Shown: positions 1 to 8,070 of the stretch, one piece after another
Layout of the letters: every line of letters starts with the position of its first letter
Position numbering within the stretch: position 1 is the stretch's first letter
Origin: a virus
Lineage: Duplodnaviria; Caudoviricetes
DNA: 63,061 nucleotides
Virus record (IMG/VR): IMGVR_UViG_3300026546_000003
Location: 1-63,061 of that record
Strand: one strand, 5' to 3'
Translations under genes and position numbers: made by a program
The notes under the pieces: generated by a model
What the model was told of the DNA's origin: nothing
Databases searched by the model: none
What the model saw: the letters and a program-made list of their open reading frames with translations, nothing else

Positions 1-72
1 TCCCTTGTACTATATTTCACAAGAGGGGTATAGACTCCCCTTGTACTATATTTCACAAGCGAGGTCGTAGAC
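1..72. repeat. Two ~36-37 bp tandem repeat units, same family as 599-722
   Basis: cttgtactatatttcacaag at 4 and 40, followed by (a/c)g(g/a)ggt..tagac. Confidence 0.9.
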
Positions 73-116
73 TTCTTTTGTGAAAAAAAGAATTAGCTTG
101 CAATACCTATGCCAGC

Positions 117-248
117 TTACTCGAAAAAGTCGATTACTCGAAAATATTTTTTATCGAAATATACGCATAACCTAATCCATTCAGTATCGTTTACAGTTTC
201 CGGGAAAATGTAGTCAAAAGCCAGAGCGGTCAAAATTTCAAACTTCAT
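117..248 (-). CDS. 43-aa hypothetical protein, paralog of 1435..1566
   Basis: Manual translation MKFEILTALAFDYIFPETVNDTEWIRLCVYFDKKYFRVIDFFE; same length and shared MKFEIL...RLCxYFDxKYF...FF motif with 1435..1566; GAGG RBS. Confidence 0.7.
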   Translation of the reverse strand: MKFEILTALAFDYIFPETVNDTEWIRLCVYFDKKYFRVIDFFE

Positions 249-262
249 CTTAGAACCTCGTT

Positions 263-463
263 TTATTTTACCAGTTTCAGGAACAGATTTTTAACCAGAA
301 CAGAAGCGGTAACCGGATTAAAAAGGTTTTCAAACACATGATTATTAGCAACCCAGCAAGAAACGGGGGCGGAATTTTCATCTCCGCGCTCATAGGTAGT
401 AACCCAGAGATTAACGGTTCCATTTTCGTAATTAACTTTGTGGGCTTCGTGGTAGGTATACAT
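263..463 (-). CDS. 66-aa hypothetical (pre-early-like) protein, paralog of 1623..1835
   Basis: AGGAG RBS, strong upstream promoter, clear paralogy (KVNYENGT..LWVTTYERGDE..APVSC..NNHVF.NLFNPV). Confidence 0.8.
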   Translation of the reverse strand: MYTYHEAHKVNYENGTVNLWVTTYERGDENSAPVSCWVANNHVFENLFNPVTASVLVKNLFLKLVK

Positions 464-498
464 GATGAACTCCTTTTCTCTTTGTTTATCTACTATAT

Positions 499-527
499 AG
501 TATAATCGAAAAACCCTGAAATGTCAA
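499..527 (-). promoter_or_regulatory. sigma70-type promoter
   Basis: TTGACA-17nt-TATACT on the minus strand with AT-rich UP-like region; duplicated at 1871-1899. Confidence 0.85.
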
Positions 528-598
528 GTAAATTTTAGAAAAAAATGCACTTTTTTGATTAAAAAAACATTATAATTTTCTAATAATCAAATTAAATA

Positions 599-722
599 TT
601 TCACAAGCGAGGTCGTAGACTCCCTTTGTACTATTTTTCACAAGCGAGGTCGTAGACTCCCTTTGTACTATTTTTCACAAGCGAGGTCGTAGACCCGGCT
701 TGTACCATTTTGCACAAGCCGG
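599..722. repeat. 37-bp tandem repeat array; last unit forms a perfect hairpin (possible terminator of 736..939)
   Basis: (t/g)cacaag recurs at 601, 638, 675, 712; unit tcacaagcgaggtcgtagactccctttgtactatttt; terminal ccggcttgt-N10-acaagccgg. Confidence 0.95.
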
Positions 723-735
723 ATTTTTAGGTTAA

Positions 736-939
736 TTATTGGGCATAAATTGTATCAATTACCGCTTCCAAACCAGCCGAAATTTTAGCAATTTCCTGCT
801 CACTTTTCCCCTCTTTTTTTGCCTTGTTTTTGTAGCTGGGGATAAGCGTATTAATAACAGTTTCCCGGCGCATACCCATAACAAAAGCAATGGTTACAGC
901 GTCAACAATTTCCTTCAAAAGTTTATCCGCATTAGTCAT
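736..939 (-). CDS. 67-aa hypothetical protein
   Basis: GGAGG RBS; last gene of a tightly packed minus-strand micro-gene run. Confidence 0.7.
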   Translation of the reverse strand: MTNADKLLKEIVDAVTIAFVMGMRRETVINTLIPSYKNKAKKEGKSEQEIAKISAGLEAVIDTIYAQ

Positions 940-942
940 TTT

Positions 943-1065
943 TTAACCTCCGAAAACCTTGCAAAAAATTTCAATATTTTGAGCCATAAAAAGTTGTTGA
1001 CCGATAGCAAAAACCGAAAAAATCAAAACCGAAATATAAGCGAGAACACAGAAAAGTTTAGCCAT
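943..1065 (-). CDS. 40-aa putative membrane peptide
   Basis: MAKLFCVLAYISVLIFSVFAIGQQ... after a GGAG RBS; abuts neighbours; shorter than track ORF 943..1224. Confidence 0.55.
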   Translation of the reverse strand: MAKLFCVLAYISVLIFSVFAIGQQLFMAQNIEIFCKVFGG

Positions 1066-1066
1066 T

Positions 1067-1210
1067 TTATACACTCCAGAACATATGATAAACATGGGCA
1101 TTAGCAAACCAAAAATCAACACATTCGCCGCTTTCATATTCCCAGACCTGACCATCATAATCAAGGCGAAGCCCGGTAACATTGCAATCGGTGTCAGTAG
1201 AACTAAACAT
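1067..1210 (-). CDS. 47-aa hypothetical protein
   Basis: MFSSTDTDCNVTGLRLDYDG... preceded by GGAGG; shorter than track ORF 1067..1294. Confidence 0.6.
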   Translation of the reverse strand: MFSSTDTDCNVTGLRLDYDGQVWEYESGECVDFWFANAHVYHMFWSV

Positions 1211-1355
1211 TTTTTTCCTCCCACTTCGGCGCATAGTTGTCAAACATTTCATATTCCACAATAGGATTAATGATAAAGGGCTTGCTGTCTTCATAGACCT
1301 TAGAAGAGAGCTTGCAAGTGTAAATCATGAGAGCTTTCAGAATTTCGTATTTCAT
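1203..1355 (-). CDS. 50-aa hypothetical protein
   Basis: MKYEILKALMIYTCKLSSKVYEDSKPF...; AGGAG RBS directly downstream of promoter 1392-1420. Confidence 0.65.
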   Translation of the reverse strand: MKYEILKALMIYTCKLSSKVYEDSKPFIINPIVEYEMFDNYAPKWEEKNV

Positions 1356-1391
1356 TTTGTTTACTCCTTTTGTGGTTGACTTGATAAACTA

Positions 1392-1420
1392 CTTATATCA
1401 GTTGGCGGCGATTATGTCAA
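1392..1420 (-). promoter_or_regulatory. sigma70-type promoter
   Basis: TTGACA-17nt-TATAAG; promoter+leader+RBS module duplicated around 1603-1631. Confidence 0.75.
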
Positions 1421-1434
1421 GCGTTTTTTTGAGA

Positions 1435-1566
1435 TTAATCAAAAAAATTCATAATTTCAAAATATTTTCTGTCGAAGTAAGTACAAAGGCGCACGAACTC
1501 TTTATCCTGCAAACTATCCGGCATATCATAATAACAAGCTAATTCGACCAAAATTTCAAACTTCAT
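1435..1566 (-). CDS. 43-aa hypothetical protein, paralog of 117..248
   Basis: MKFEILVELACYYDMPDSLQDKEFVRLCTYFDRKYFEIMNFFD; AGGAG RBS. Confidence 0.7.
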   Translation of the reverse strand: MKFEILVELACYYDMPDSLQDKEFVRLCTYFDRKYFEIMNFFD

Positions 1567-1602
1567 TTTTTTAACTCCTATTGTGGTTGACTTGATGAAC
1601 TA

Positions 1603-1631
1603 CTTATATCATCTGTGTCTGATTATGTCAA
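1603..1631 (-). promoter_or_regulatory. sigma70-type promoter
   Basis: TTGACA-17nt-TATAAG; the -35 box overlaps the end of 1623..1835. Confidence 0.75.
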
Positions 1632-1835
1632 GCACTTTTTTACAAATTTTACAAAAAGATTTTTAGTGAGAACATCAGCATTAACCGGATTGAAAAGGTT
1701 CAGAAACACATGATTATTGACAGGGAAACAAGAAACAGGGGCTGTACTTTCGTCCCCTCTCTCATAGGTAGTAACCCAGAGGCCGGCAGTTCCATTTTCG
1801 TAATTAACTTTGTAGCTGTCTTTATGTGTGTACAT
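1623..1835 (-). CDS. 70-aa hypothetical protein, paralog of 263..463
   Basis: Paralogy, RBS and upstream promoter. Confidence 0.8.
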   Translation of the reverse strand: MYTHKDSYKVNYENGTAGLWVTTYERGDESTAPVSCFPVNNHVFLNLFNPVNADVLTKNLFVKFVKKCLT

Positions 1836-1870
1836 TGTGAACTCCTTTTCTCTTTGTTTATCTACTATAT

Positions 1871-1899
1871 AGTATAATCGAAAAACCTTGAAATGTCAA
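1871..1899 (-). promoter_or_regulatory. sigma70-type promoter
   Basis: TTGACA-17nt-TATACT within a ~150-bp block nearly identical to 464-610. Confidence 0.85.
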
Positions 1900-2040
1900 G
1901 TAAATTTTAGAAAAAAATTCATTTTTTTGATTAAAAAAACATTATAATTTTCTAATAATCAAATTAAATATTTCACAAGCGCGGTCTATATTTCGCCATC
2001 TATACTGAATTGGTTTGTTCTATAATTGGCCATCTATGTT

Positions 2041-2385
2041 CTATTGTCGATTGTATACAATATCGCTACCCTGTCTATTGTCGATTGTATACAATATCGC
2101 TACTCTGTATATTGTCGAATGTATACAATCGCGCTACTTTGCATATTGTCGATTGTATACAATATCGCTACCCTGTCTATTGTCGATTGTATACAATATC
2201 GCTACCTTGTCGATTGTATACAATCGCGCTAATCTATACCAGTTTAGTTCTATTTAGACTTGCATATTGTATACAGTATACAATACAATCCCTACCCTTT
2301 TAGTATAGATTAGAATTGTATACAGTCGATTGTATACAGTTGCGCTACCTTGCATATTGTATACAGTCTAATGTATACAATCCCG
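2041..2385. repeat. 34-bp tandem repeat array with palindromic core ATTGTATACAAT, degenerating rightwards
   Basis: Units at 2041, 2075, 2109, 2143, 2177 (ctattgtcgattgtatacaatatcgctaccctgt), a truncated unit at ~2207, and further TGTATACA cores to ~2380. Confidence 0.95.
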
Positions 2386-2564
2386 CTAAAAAGACTTTTT
2401 TCTCTGTTCTAATTCAAATAGCTTGTACCATTTTTCACAAGGGCGACACCCGGCCTATCTCTTTGTTTTTAATTCATGTGCTGATTGAATGTAAATAAAT
2501 GCCTAGTAATATCAACCACTTACGGGGGGCCTACTCTGGACTAGTGGTATATGGGATAAATGTA

Positions 2565-2733
2565 TTCACAACAATCAGAAATCGGGGGAAAATTTCAAAG
2601 TTACATGGTTCGGGTTACCTTACGAACATCCTCTTGCGTAGCAGAGGTTAATCTTTCACAACAATCAGAAATCGGGGGAAAATTTCAAAGTTACCTGGTT
2701 CGATTAACCTCTTGCGAAGCAGAGGTTAATCTT
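2565..2733. repeat. ~90-bp direct repeat (2 copies) with GC-GNA-GC hairpins
   Basis: ttcacaacaatcagaaatcgggggaaaatttcaaagttac at 2565 and 2655; cctcttgcg(t/a)agcagaggttaatc in both copies. Confidence 0.9.
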
Positions 2734-2781
2734 GCGGTGTTAGATTTTTTCAGTTCACATAGTTCCAAAAATATTTAATTC

Positions 2782-2811
2782 TTGACAACTACTATGTGAA
2801 TTTGTTATAAT
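2782..2811 (+). promoter_or_regulatory. sigma70-type promoter for the packaging/late operon
   Basis: TTGACA-18nt-TATAAT upstream of terS. Confidence 0.75.
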
Positions 2812-2870
2812 TAGACTATGAAAGATGGGGAAAACTTGTCAAATCAAAATCATATAAAAAGGATGTTAAA

Positions 2871-3287
2871 ATGTTGCCAGAGACACAAACTAATTCTATC
2901 GCTCTTCCTGTGCAGTTAATTCCGTTAGTGGGCGATTATTTATCAGGTGCGTCTATGGATAATTTAGCGACAAAGTATAATTTATCTATTAGCGAAGTGT
3001 CTGATTTTTTGAATAGGAAAGAAGTTCGCCAATACATTAAAACAGAGTTAGCGAATTACAAGTACACAAGTCGCAAACGTCGCATTGATCTTCTTTCACG
3101 CATTGTGGACGAACAGATTGAGTTTGCAGAAGAGAATGAAATGCCACTGTCGAAAAAGGATATTGTTGAAATTCTTAAGCTGCTACGGGAAGAAAATAAA
3201 GACATTGAAAACTTAGGCGTTGTCGAAGATCAAGGCGACAATGCGAAAAACCAGTACATAAATATTATAAATCAACTAAAGGCCTAA
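2871..3287 (+). CDS. Terminase small subunit (putative)
   Basis: N-terminal HTH-like segment (SMDNLATKYNLSISEVSDFL), directly upstream of TerL as in T5. Confidence 0.75.
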   Translation: MLPETQTNSIALPVQLIPLVGDYLSGASMDNLATKYNLSISEVSDFLNRKEVRQYIKTELANYKYTSRKRRIDLLSRIVDEQIEFAEENEMPLSKKDIVEILKLLREENKDIENLGVVEDQGDNAKNQYINIINQLKA

Positions 3288-3292
3288 ATTTT

Positions 3293-4531
3293 ATGAGTTA
3301 TTTTACGCTCTCTCCGGTTAAATTACTAGAGAAAAAGGGCATCTACTTAAATCCAAAACAAAAGGAAATAGTAAAAAGTGTTAATGACAATAGAGTTACG
3401 GTGGTTGTTGCTACTCGTCGTGGTGGTAAGTCTGAAATTGCCGCAGCTTGTAATATTTGTAAGTTGTTAGAGCCAGGTACTTATCAAGGTATTACAGCTC
3501 CTACAATGAACCATACAGATATTATTTTTTCTAATATTGTTGACACTTTTGAGCACCCGTTAGGAATTAAGCCATCTAAACTTAATAACAAAGATAAAGA
3601 TATTAGGTTTCAATGGCAATCTAGGGGAAAAGCTACTACACTAAAAAATAGAAAAACAATAGCAGGTAGAGCTTACAACTTATTTACGGGAGATGAGATT
3701 GGTCTTGCTGATTATATGGAAGATGAGAAATGGTTGTATCAAGAAGTTTTACCAGCTACTATTACTACTCAAGGCCATGTTTTAATTATTTCTACTCCAA
3801 GAGGTATGAATCACTTATATAACCTTTGGGAGTCAGCAGAGAAAGAAGCTGATTGGAATAGGATTAGGTATACTATTTGGGACGTTGACCATATTTCTAA
3901 AGAAGAGATTAAGAATATGGAGCGTCTGTACAAAGAAAGAGGTATGGAAAAGCTATGGGCGCAAGAGTTTTTAGCTGAATTTGTTTCTTTTGAAGGTGCT
4001 ATTTTTGATTTTATTCCAGAGGTAGTTTCCGAGTCTCCTGATCCTGATATTACTCTTGTTGGTATTGACCCTGGTACTCATCATGCTACTGTTAAGATTG
4101 AATTGAATAGTAAGCATGGTGTTTTTATTACTTTTGTCGATGAAGCTGAAAAATCTACTTCAGAACATGGGAAAGTATTACAGGAACTTGATGCTGACTA
4201 TTATTTCTATGACCCAGCTGCTAGACAATTTGCTCAAGATATGGTGTATGAGTTTGACATTCCTCTACACAAAGCAAAGAAAGACGTAGACGAAGGGATT
4301 AATTTTCTAAGGCGTTTACGGGATCATATTTTTGTTTTGAAAGATGTTGATGATATACTGATTAAGGAATGGTCAATGTATTCTCATAAAGATGGCCGGA
4401 TTGTTAAAAAAGCTGACCATACTATTGACGCCACTAGGTATGCGCTCTATACTGCATACTGTTTTTGGCCGGAGTATTTTGAATTTTTAGAACCTATAGA
4501 GGATTTGGATGAGCCTATTTTCAAGACTTAA
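3293..4531 (+). CDS. terL: Terminase large subunit
   Basis: Walker A RRGGKS, Walker B FTGDE, motif III ISTP, RNase H-like GIDPG and DHTIDATRY. Confidence 0.95.
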   Translation: MSYFTLSPVKLLEKKGIYLNPKQKEIVKSVNDNRVTVVVATRRGGKSEIAAACNICKLLEPGTYQGITAPTMNHTDIIFSNIVDTFEHPLGIKPSKLNNKDKDIRFQWQSRGKATTLKNRKTIAGRAYNLFTGDEIGLADYMEDEKWLYQEVLPATITTQGHVLIISTPRGMNHLYNLWESAEKEADWNRIRYTIWDVDHISKEEIKNMERLYKERGMEKLWAQEFLAEFVSFEGAIFDFIPEVVSESPDPDITLVGIDPGTHHATVKIELNSKHGVFITFVDEAEKSTSEHGKVLQELDADYYFYDPAARQFAQDMVYEFDIPLHKAKKDVDEGINFLRRLRDHIFVLKDVDDILIKEWSMYSHKDGRIVKKADHTIDATRYALYTAYCFWPEYFEFLEPIEDLDEPIFKT

Positions 4532-5657
4532 AGATTATTTTATTAGAGAGACTACTATTGTTAAGTTTAATGAAGTACAAGTCTCTGAGATTTTTTCTAC
4601 TACGTATGATGCTATTTCGGTCCTGGCGAGATGTATGGACTTAATAATTGATACTTGTGCGACTGTAGAATTTAATGTTTATGAGGATATTGGGCAATTT
4701 GACATACCCTCAAAGCATAAACAGTTTGAGAAATTACTTAATGACCCGCAAGCTGACTTTGGCGCATATGACTTTAGGCGAGCAATTTATAGAGATTTAC
4801 TATTTTCTGGTAATTCCTTTTTATATAATATTGGGAATGAAATACAAATCTTAAATGAAGTTGAATATTCTCCTTTGCCTAAATACGGTGATAAGCCTCT
4901 TGAACCGAATCGCCTTTGTCATATCCGCCTTTTAACTGATTATGATAGTGTAATGGGGAAATCGTACCTTACACGAATAGAAAAAGAACTTGATTTAATT
5001 GCTTCTATGCTTAACTTCCAGAAAAACTACTTCAAAAATAATGGTGTTCCTGGTATTATTTTAAAAAGTGAGAACCCATTGTCTTTGAAGCAGAAGGAAC
5101 GTATAGCTGAAGAATTTATGAATATGTACGGGATTATGAAAGGTAATGCTTCTAAACCTTTTATAGCAGATAACAATATTGCTGTGGATCCTATACAACA
5201 TTCACTTAAAGAACTGCAATTTAATGAAGGGGTTAAAGATCTTACCGAGCGTATTTGTTCTGGATTAGGAGTACCAGCCATTTTACTTAATTCTGGTAAT
5301 AATGCTAATATTATTCCGAATTATAAAATGTTTGTTTTTACTACTTGTTATCCATTACTTCTTAATACTGGTTCTGAATTAACTAAACACCTACATAACT
5401 TTTACAGTAATACGAAGAAGCTACGACTTAGACCGAATCTTGAATGCCTACCTTTATTACAAGATGATATGGTGAAACGTACTAATTCTATCAAGACTTT
5501 AGTAACTACAGGGATTATAACTCCAAATGAGGCTAGATCACAACTTCATTATCCTTCTAGTGATGATGAACTAGCTGATAAATTACTATTCCCTGCTAAT
5601 ATAACTGGTAATAATTTTGAACCTTCACCTGGAACACCTAATGAAGAAGACGAATAA
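4509..5657 (+). CDS. Portal protein (HK97/T5-like)
   Basis: DLLFSGNSF, NYFKNNGVPGIIL, ICSGLGVPAILL, GIITPNEAR motifs; follows TerL. Confidence 0.93.
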   Translation: MSLFSRLKDYFIRETTIVKFNEVQVSEIFSTTYDAISVLARCMDLIIDTCATVEFNVYEDIGQFDIPSKHKQFEKLLNDPQADFGAYDFRRAIYRDLLFSGNSFLYNIGNEIQILNEVEYSPLPKYGDKPLEPNRLCHIRLLTDYDSVMGKSYLTRIEKELDLIASMLNFQKNYFKNNGVPGIILKSENPLSLKQKERIAEEFMNMYGIMKGNASKPFIADNNIAVDPIQHSLKELQFNEGVKDLTERICSGLGVPAILLNSGNNANIIPNYKMFVFTTCYPLLLNTGSELTKHLHNFYSNTKKLRLRPNLECLPLLQDDMVKRTNSIKTLVTTGIITPNEARSQLHYPSSDDELADKLLFPANITGNNFEPSPGTPNEEDE

Positions 5658-5672
5658 TAAAGGAGGCTACAT

Positions 5673-7490
5673 GTGAGTAATACTAAGATTTTAAGATTGG
5701 ACTCATTACTAGAGTTTAAAGGCTACAAATCTGAAGGAGATGATGATTTTTATATTGAAGGTTATGCATCTACTCCAGCAGTTGATAGGGATCATGAAAT
5801 TCTTCCGGTTGATGCTATTGACCTAAAGAACTTTCAAAAGAACCCTATTATTCTATACCAACATAATCGAGACGAGCCGGTTGGTAAAGCTGTAGAAATT
5901 GAGAAACGTACTGAAGGTTTATGGATGAAAGTTCTCGTTTCTAAAGCTGCTACAAAAGTAAAAACTCTTATTGAGGAAGGAATTTTAAAAGCTTTCTCTG
6001 TAGGGTTTAGAATTAAGGATTGGGATTATAACGAAGCTCTTGACGCTTTTGTTTATAAGGATGTAGAACTATTTGAAACTTCTATTGTATCTATCCCTTG
6101 TAATCAGGAAGCACTATTTAGTCAAGTAAAGAGTTTTAATGATGAACTTAAAGATGAACTTAAGAAAAAGGATACTAAAAATCCAGAACCTATCAAAAAG
6201 GAGACAAAAGAGATGGATGAACTAAAAAAACTTCAAGAAGAAATGGAACGCATTAAGGCTGAAAAAGAAGCTCTTGAGGCTGAGAAAAAACTTAAAGAGC
6301 AAGCTGAAAAAGAAGCGAAGTTAGAAGCCGAGCGTGCCGAACTAAAAGAGGGTATCAAAACTCTTACTGATTCCCTAACCTCAATTTCTGAGTCGATCAA
6401 AGAAATTGAAGGCAAAATCGAAGCTGTTAAAGCCGAATATGATGAAAAACTAGAAGAGATGGAAAAACGTGCTCCGAAGGTTGAAAGTGTTCCGCTGTCT
6501 GCTAAGGAAATTGATGAATGCATGGATAGTTACAAAGAAGTTCTTATCCATACTATGCTATTCCCGAAAGACAAAATCGAAGAATCTAAGGCTTTCCAAG
6601 CACTAGATGAACGTATGAAAGCTGTTTCGCTTGATTCTCAATTCACTACTCGTGTTCATAGAGATCTTCTTCGTGATATCAAAAACGAAGCCTCTATTTA
6701 CCCACTGTTTAGAGAAATTCCAAGCAGCGTTACTACAGACACAATTCCATTTGGCCCAGAGCTAACAACTACTTGGGGATCAAGTGCTGTTGACCAAACT
6801 TTCACACCACTGAAAGTTAGCATTGATTACCACTCAATCTTTGGACGTCTGGACTACAACTACGTGGTAGATGAAGAAAGCATCATCGCGTGGCTGCCTT
6901 TCATTCGTACTAACATTGTGGAAGCTGTATCAAGTGGTATTGACGCACAGATTCTAGATGCTGCGTCTGCTCCAACTGCTACTTTCCGTGGTCTTGCTTC
7001 TTATGCTATGGGAGCTGGATATACTGTTGAAGTTGCTGATGAAGCTGACCTAGTTGTTGGCGATATTGATGCTGTTCGCGCTAAACTTTCTAAGTATGGT
7101 GTGAATCCTCGTAACCTAGTCATCGTTGTAAACAGTGATAAGTACCTACAACTAGTTGATGACGAGCTAGTTACTCCTATCGACAAGTTCGGTGCTGGCG
7201 CTACTATTAAAACTGGTGAACTAAGCAGAGTTCGTGGAATTAGCGTTATTGTTAATGATAATGCTCCAGGTTCTAGCGTTGCAGGTAATACTAACATTGC
7301 CTTCACTATGTTTAATACTAACGCTTTTGCAGTTAAAATGAAATCGTTTATGGTTGAGTTTGACAAGACTATTACTTCTCAAACTGGAATCCTAGTAGCT
7401 AGTGCGCGTGCAGGTTTCGGACCTCTGTACCCACAAACTGCTGGCGAAATTACTAATAGTATTGTTGCTGTTGGTGTCAATCCTGTTTAA
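5673..7490 (+). CDS. Fused HK97-type prohead protease + scaffold coiled coil + major capsid protein
   Basis: Protease motifs EGYAST, NPIILYQHN, AFSVGF, ETSIVSIPCNQEA; coiled coil; HK97-fold C-terminal part (GELSRVRGISVIVND); followed by a terminator. Confidence 0.9.
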   Translation: MSNTKILRLDSLLEFKGYKSEGDDDFYIEGYASTPAVDRDHEILPVDAIDLKNFQKNPIILYQHNRDEPVGKAVEIEKRTEGLWMKVLVSKAATKVKTLIEEGILKAFSVGFRIKDWDYNEALDAFVYKDVELFETSIVSIPCNQEALFSQVKSFNDELKDELKKKDTKNPEPIKKETKEMDELKKLQEEMERIKAEKEALEAEKKLKEQAEKEAKLEAERAELKEGIKTLTDSLTSISESIKEIEGKIEAVKAEYDEKLEEMEKRAPKVESVPLSAKEIDECMDSYKEVLIHTMLFPKDKIEESKAFQALDERMKAVSLDSQFTTRVHRDLLRDIKNEASIYPLFREIPSSVTTDTIPFGPELTTTWGSSAVDQTFTPLKVSIDYHSIFGRLDYNYVVDEESIIAWLPFIRTNIVEAVSSGIDAQILDAASAPTATFRGLASYAMGAGYTVEVADEADLVVGDIDAVRAKLSKYGVNPRNLVIVVNSDKYLQLVDDELVTPIDKFGAGATIKTGELSRVRGISVIVNDNAPGSSVAGNTNIAFTMFNTNAFAVKMKSFMVEFDKTITSQTGILVASARAGFGPLYPQTAGEITNSIVAVGVNPV

Positions 7491-7505
7491 TGGATAATTA
7501 ATACG

Positions 7506-7533
7506 TAGGGCCAAGCTTTAGGGTTTGGCCCTA
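7506..7533 (+). terminator. Hairpin, probable terminator after the capsid gene
   Basis: tagggccaagc/gtttggcccta stem; weak U-tract. Confidence 0.65.
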
Positions 7534-7565
7534 TCAATTAATTATTTATTTGAAAGGAGTTTTTA

Positions 7566-8069
7566 ATGACTATAGAAGAACTAAGAAAAGCTTTAAATAT
7601 TAACGAGGATGATACTAGTTATGATGATGTTCTAGAACGTCTATATGCACTAGCTAAAAAAATCTTCTACCAAAATACTAGAGTTAAGTTAGAGCAATCA
7701 GAGCAAACTGATTCTTATGTAAATTTTAATAGTGATGTTTGTTATTTGTATTCAGTTCCTGTCGTTTCTATCACTTCTATAGAAATTGACCAAGCCCCTT
7801 CCTCTTATTCTTATAGGGTACTTAATGATGCGATCTACTTTGATTTTCCGATTACTGCTAAGTTTCTGGATGTTACTTATATTTCTGGATATGATATTAT
7901 ACCTGTTGAGATAGACCAAGTATTAGTAAGTATTGTAGATTTTCTATTTAATTATGATGCTACTAAGACTTATATGTCTGGAAGTGGCGAAATGTTATTA
8001 GCTCCAAAAGATGTTGAATTGCCTAAATTAATTCAAGATAACTTAGCAATTTATCGAATAGGATTATAA
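7566..8069 (+). CDS. Head-tail connector/adaptor (gp6-like)
   Basis: MTIEELRKALNI..YDDVL, PVVSITSI, VTYISGYDIIP; position after MCP. Confidence 0.8.
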   Translation: MTIEELRKALNINEDDTSYDDVLERLYALAKKIFYQNTRVKLEQSEQTDSYVNFNSDVCYLYSVPVVSITSIEIDQAPSSYSYRVLNDAIYFDFPITAKFLDVTYISGYDIIPVEIDQVLVSIVDFLFNYDATKTYMSGSGEMLLAPKDVELPKLIQDNLAIYRIGL

Positions 8070-8070
8070 T

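Noticed and set aside
599-722. CRISPR array (37-bp repeats)
   Set aside because: Units are head-to-tail with no unique spacers, and no cas genes are in the window
739-1542. Plus-strand ORFs 739..1104, 1182..1379, 1327..1542
   Set aside because: Antisense to RBS-bearing, promoter-driven minus-strand micro-genes
2041-2385. CRISPR array, or ORFs 2010..2303, 2015..2257, 2026..2232, 2316..2498
   Set aside because: No spacers; the ORFs are repeat-derived in all frames with no RBS
2560-2778. 72-aa ORF
   Set aside because: It translates the ~90-bp direct repeat and has no convincing RBS
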